A stretch of 7,388 bases of DNA from a virus (Duplodnaviria; Heunggongvirae; Uroviricota; Caudoviricetes), in the IMG/VR virus record IMGVR_UViG_2663762839_000012; one strand, given 5' to 3'. Every line of letters starts with the position of its first letter. Position 1 is the stretch's first letter. Shown here piece after piece: positions 6,179 to 7,388 of this stretch. Under the pieces are notes generated by a model. That model saw nothing but the letters and a program-made list of their open reading frames with translations, had not been told where the DNA came from and ran no database searches. A program made the translations under genes and the position numbers.

Positions 6179-6384
6179 AATGTTTTCCCATATTCAGTGT
6201 TGCTGATTTGTATTATCTGAAGTTGCTTTTACGTTAATTTGACGCAGATCAATTAATACGATACCTGCGTCATAATTGATTATTTCTCGTGGTTTGATGG
6301 CGTACACACATGTTGTGATAAACCTTATATAGATGATAATCATTATCATTTCGTGGGTCCTTTCCGGCGATCCGACCGGTTACG

Positions 6385-6396
6385 GGGCGGCGACCT
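6385..6396. other. cosN: 12-nt lambda cohesive-end sequence GGGCGGCGACCT (terminase nicking site), with lambda right-end homology and the cosQ region upstream (about 6230-6384)
   Basis: GGGCGGCGACCT at 6385-6396 is followed by CGCGGGTTTTCGCTATTTATGAAAATTTTCCGG..., which matches the start of the lambda genome as I recall it. The preceding ...GATGATAATCATTATCATTTCGTGGGTCCTTTCCGGCGATCCGACCGGTTACG matches the lambda right end. Nu1 starts 189 bp downstream, as in lambda (191). Confidence 0.9.
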
Positions 6397-6436
6397 CGCG
6401 GGTTTTCGCTATTTATGAAAATTTTCCGGTTTAAGG

Positions 6437-6553
6437 CGTTTCCGTTCTTCTTCGTCGTAACTTAATGTTTTTATTTAAAATACCCCCTGAAAAGAAAGGA
6501 AGCGACAGGTGCTGAAAACGAACTTTTGGGCCTCTGTCGTTTCCTTTCTCTGT
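6437..6553. promoter_or_regulatory. cosB: terminase small-subunit binding elements R3, R2 and R1, with an IHF site (I1) between R3 and R2
   Basis: R3-like CGTTTCCGTTCTTCTTCG (6437-6454); AT-rich IHF-like segment CTTAATGTTTTTATTTAAAATACC (about 6461-6485); inverted R2-like GAAAGGAAGCGACAG (6494-6508); R1-like CGTTTCCTTTCTCTG (6538-6552). Spacing mirrors lambda cosB. Confidence 0.75.
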
Positions 6554-6573
6554 TTTGGGCCGTGGAATGAACA

Positions 6574-7119
6574 ATGGAAGTCAACAAAAAGCAGCTGGCT
6601 GACATTTTCGGTGCGAGTATCCGTACCATTCAGAACTGGCAGGAGCAGGGAATGCCCGTTCTGCGAGGCGGTGGCAAGGGTAATGAGGTGCTTTATGACT
6701 CTGCCGCCGTTATAAAATGGTATGCCGAAAGGGATGCTGAAATTGAGAACGAAAAGCTGCGCCGGGAAGTTGAAGAACTGCGGCAGGCCAGCGAGACAGA
6801 TCTCCAGCCAGGGACTATTGAGTACGAACGCCATCGACTTACGCGTGCGCAGGCCGACGCACAGGAACTGAAGAATGCCAGAGACTCAGCTGAAGTGGTG
6901 GAAACCGCATTCTGTACTTTCGTGCTGTCGCGGATCGCAGGTGAAATTGCCAGTATTCTCGACGGGATCCCCCTGTCGGTGCAGCGGCGTTTTCCGGAAC
7001 TGGAAAACCGACATGTTGATTTCCTGAAACGGGATATCATCAAAGCCATGAACAAAGCAGCCGCGCTGGATGAACTGATACCGGGGTTGCTGAGTGAATA
7101 TATCGAACAGTCAGGTTAA
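6574..7119 (+). CDS. Nu1: Terminase small subunit (181 aa), lambda gpNu1
   Basis: Translation MEVNKKQLADIFGASIRTIQNWQEQGMPVLRGGGKGNEVLYDSAAVIKWYAERDAEIENEKLRREVEELRQ...LLSEYIEQSG is essentially identical to lambda Nu1 as recalled, with an N-terminal winged-HTH DNA-binding region. Stop TAA at 7117-7119. Confidence 0.97.
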   Translation: MEVNKKQLADIFGASIRTIQNWQEQGMPVLRGGGKGNEVLYDSAAVIKWYAERDAEIENEKLRREVEELRQASETDLQPGTIEYERHRLTRAQADAQELKNARDSAEVVETAFCTFVLSRIAGEIASILDGIPLSVQRRFPELENRHVDFLKRDIIKAMNKAAALDELIPGLLSEYIEQSG

Positions 7120-7388
7120 CAGGCTGCGGCATTTTGTCCGCGCCGGGCTTCGCTCACTGTTCAGGCCGGAGCCACAGACCGCCGTTGAATGGGCGGATGC
7201 CAATTACTATCTCCCGAAAGAATCCGCATACCAGGAAGGGCGCTGGGAAACACTGCCCTTTCAGCGGGCCATCATGAATGCGATGGGCAGCGACTACATC
7301 CGTGAGGTGAATGTGGTGAAGTCTGCCCGTGTTGGTTATTCCAAAATGCTGCTGGGTGTTTATGCCTACTTCATAGAGCATAAGCAGC
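7094..7388 (+). CDS. A: Terminase large subunit, lambda gpA, N-terminal 98 codons only (continues beyond the window edge)
   Basis: GTG at 7094 overlaps the Nu1 3' end by 26 nt, as in lambda. Translation (M)NISNSQVNRLRHFVRAGLRSLFRPEPQTAVEWADANYYLPKESAYQEGRWETLPFQRAIMNAMGSDYIREVNVVKSARVGYSKMLLGVYAYFIEHKQ matches the lambda gpA N-terminus. It is absent from the ORF track because it has no stop inside the window. Confidence 0.95.
   Translation, partial: MNISNSQVNRLRHFVRAGLRSLFRPEPQTAVEWADANYYLPKESAYQEGRWETLPFQRAIMNAMGSDYIREVNVVKSARVGYSKMLLGVYAYFIEHKQ

Noticed and set aside
5997-6206. Plus-strand ORF 5997-6206
   Set aside because: Antisense to the RHH-like gene; the translation is hydrophobic and Cys-rich with no motif, whereas the minus-strand product shows a coherent RHH-like pattern.
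6475-7055. ORFs 6475-6834 (-), 6509-6715 (+) and 6693-7055 (-)
   Set aside because: They overlap cosB and Nu1, which is confidently assigned; antisense or out-of-frame shadows.
7154-7381. Minus-strand ORF 7154-7381
   Set aside because: Antisense to the N-terminus of terminase large subunit A, whose translation matches lambda gpA.
1-7388. CRISPR arrays, tRNA/rRNA genes, integrase/att sites and IS elements
   Set aside because: No spaced direct repeats of 25-40 bp, no tRNA-like cloverleaf segments, no integrase- or transposase-like translations, and no terminal inverted repeats were seen. The chromosome-phage junction looks like a deletion endpoint rather than an att site.

Overview
The window reads as Escherichia-type chromosome fused to a defective lambda-like prophage. 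Positions 1-3120 carry the glyoxylate-shunt genes on the minus strand: aceB (1519-3120) and aceA (185-1489), with a three-unit REP/BIME repeat in the aceA-aceK spacer; the aceK start codon appears to sit at or just beyond position 1. From about 3.2 kb the DNA is phage-derived and in prophage order: an acidic hypothetical ORF, a 5'-truncated GH24 lysozyme remnant, a terminator, two tiny tail-anchored membrane-protein genes, the Rz/Rz1 spanin pair, a small Cys-containing ORF, a lipoprotein with a TonB C-terminal-like domain, a convergent small RHH-like gene, the lambda right end with cosQ-cosN-cosB, Nu1, and the 5' end of terminase A running off the window. No holin, Q antiterminator, intact endolysin, integrase, tRNA, rRNA or CRISPR array is visible. 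All homology statements come from reading the translations and from recalled reference sequences (lambda, E. coli K-12); no database search was run. The most interesting unexplained content is the small-gene cargo around the spanins: the membrane-protein pair at 4129-4457 and the Cys-ORF plus TonB-C-like lipoprotein at 4951-5846.
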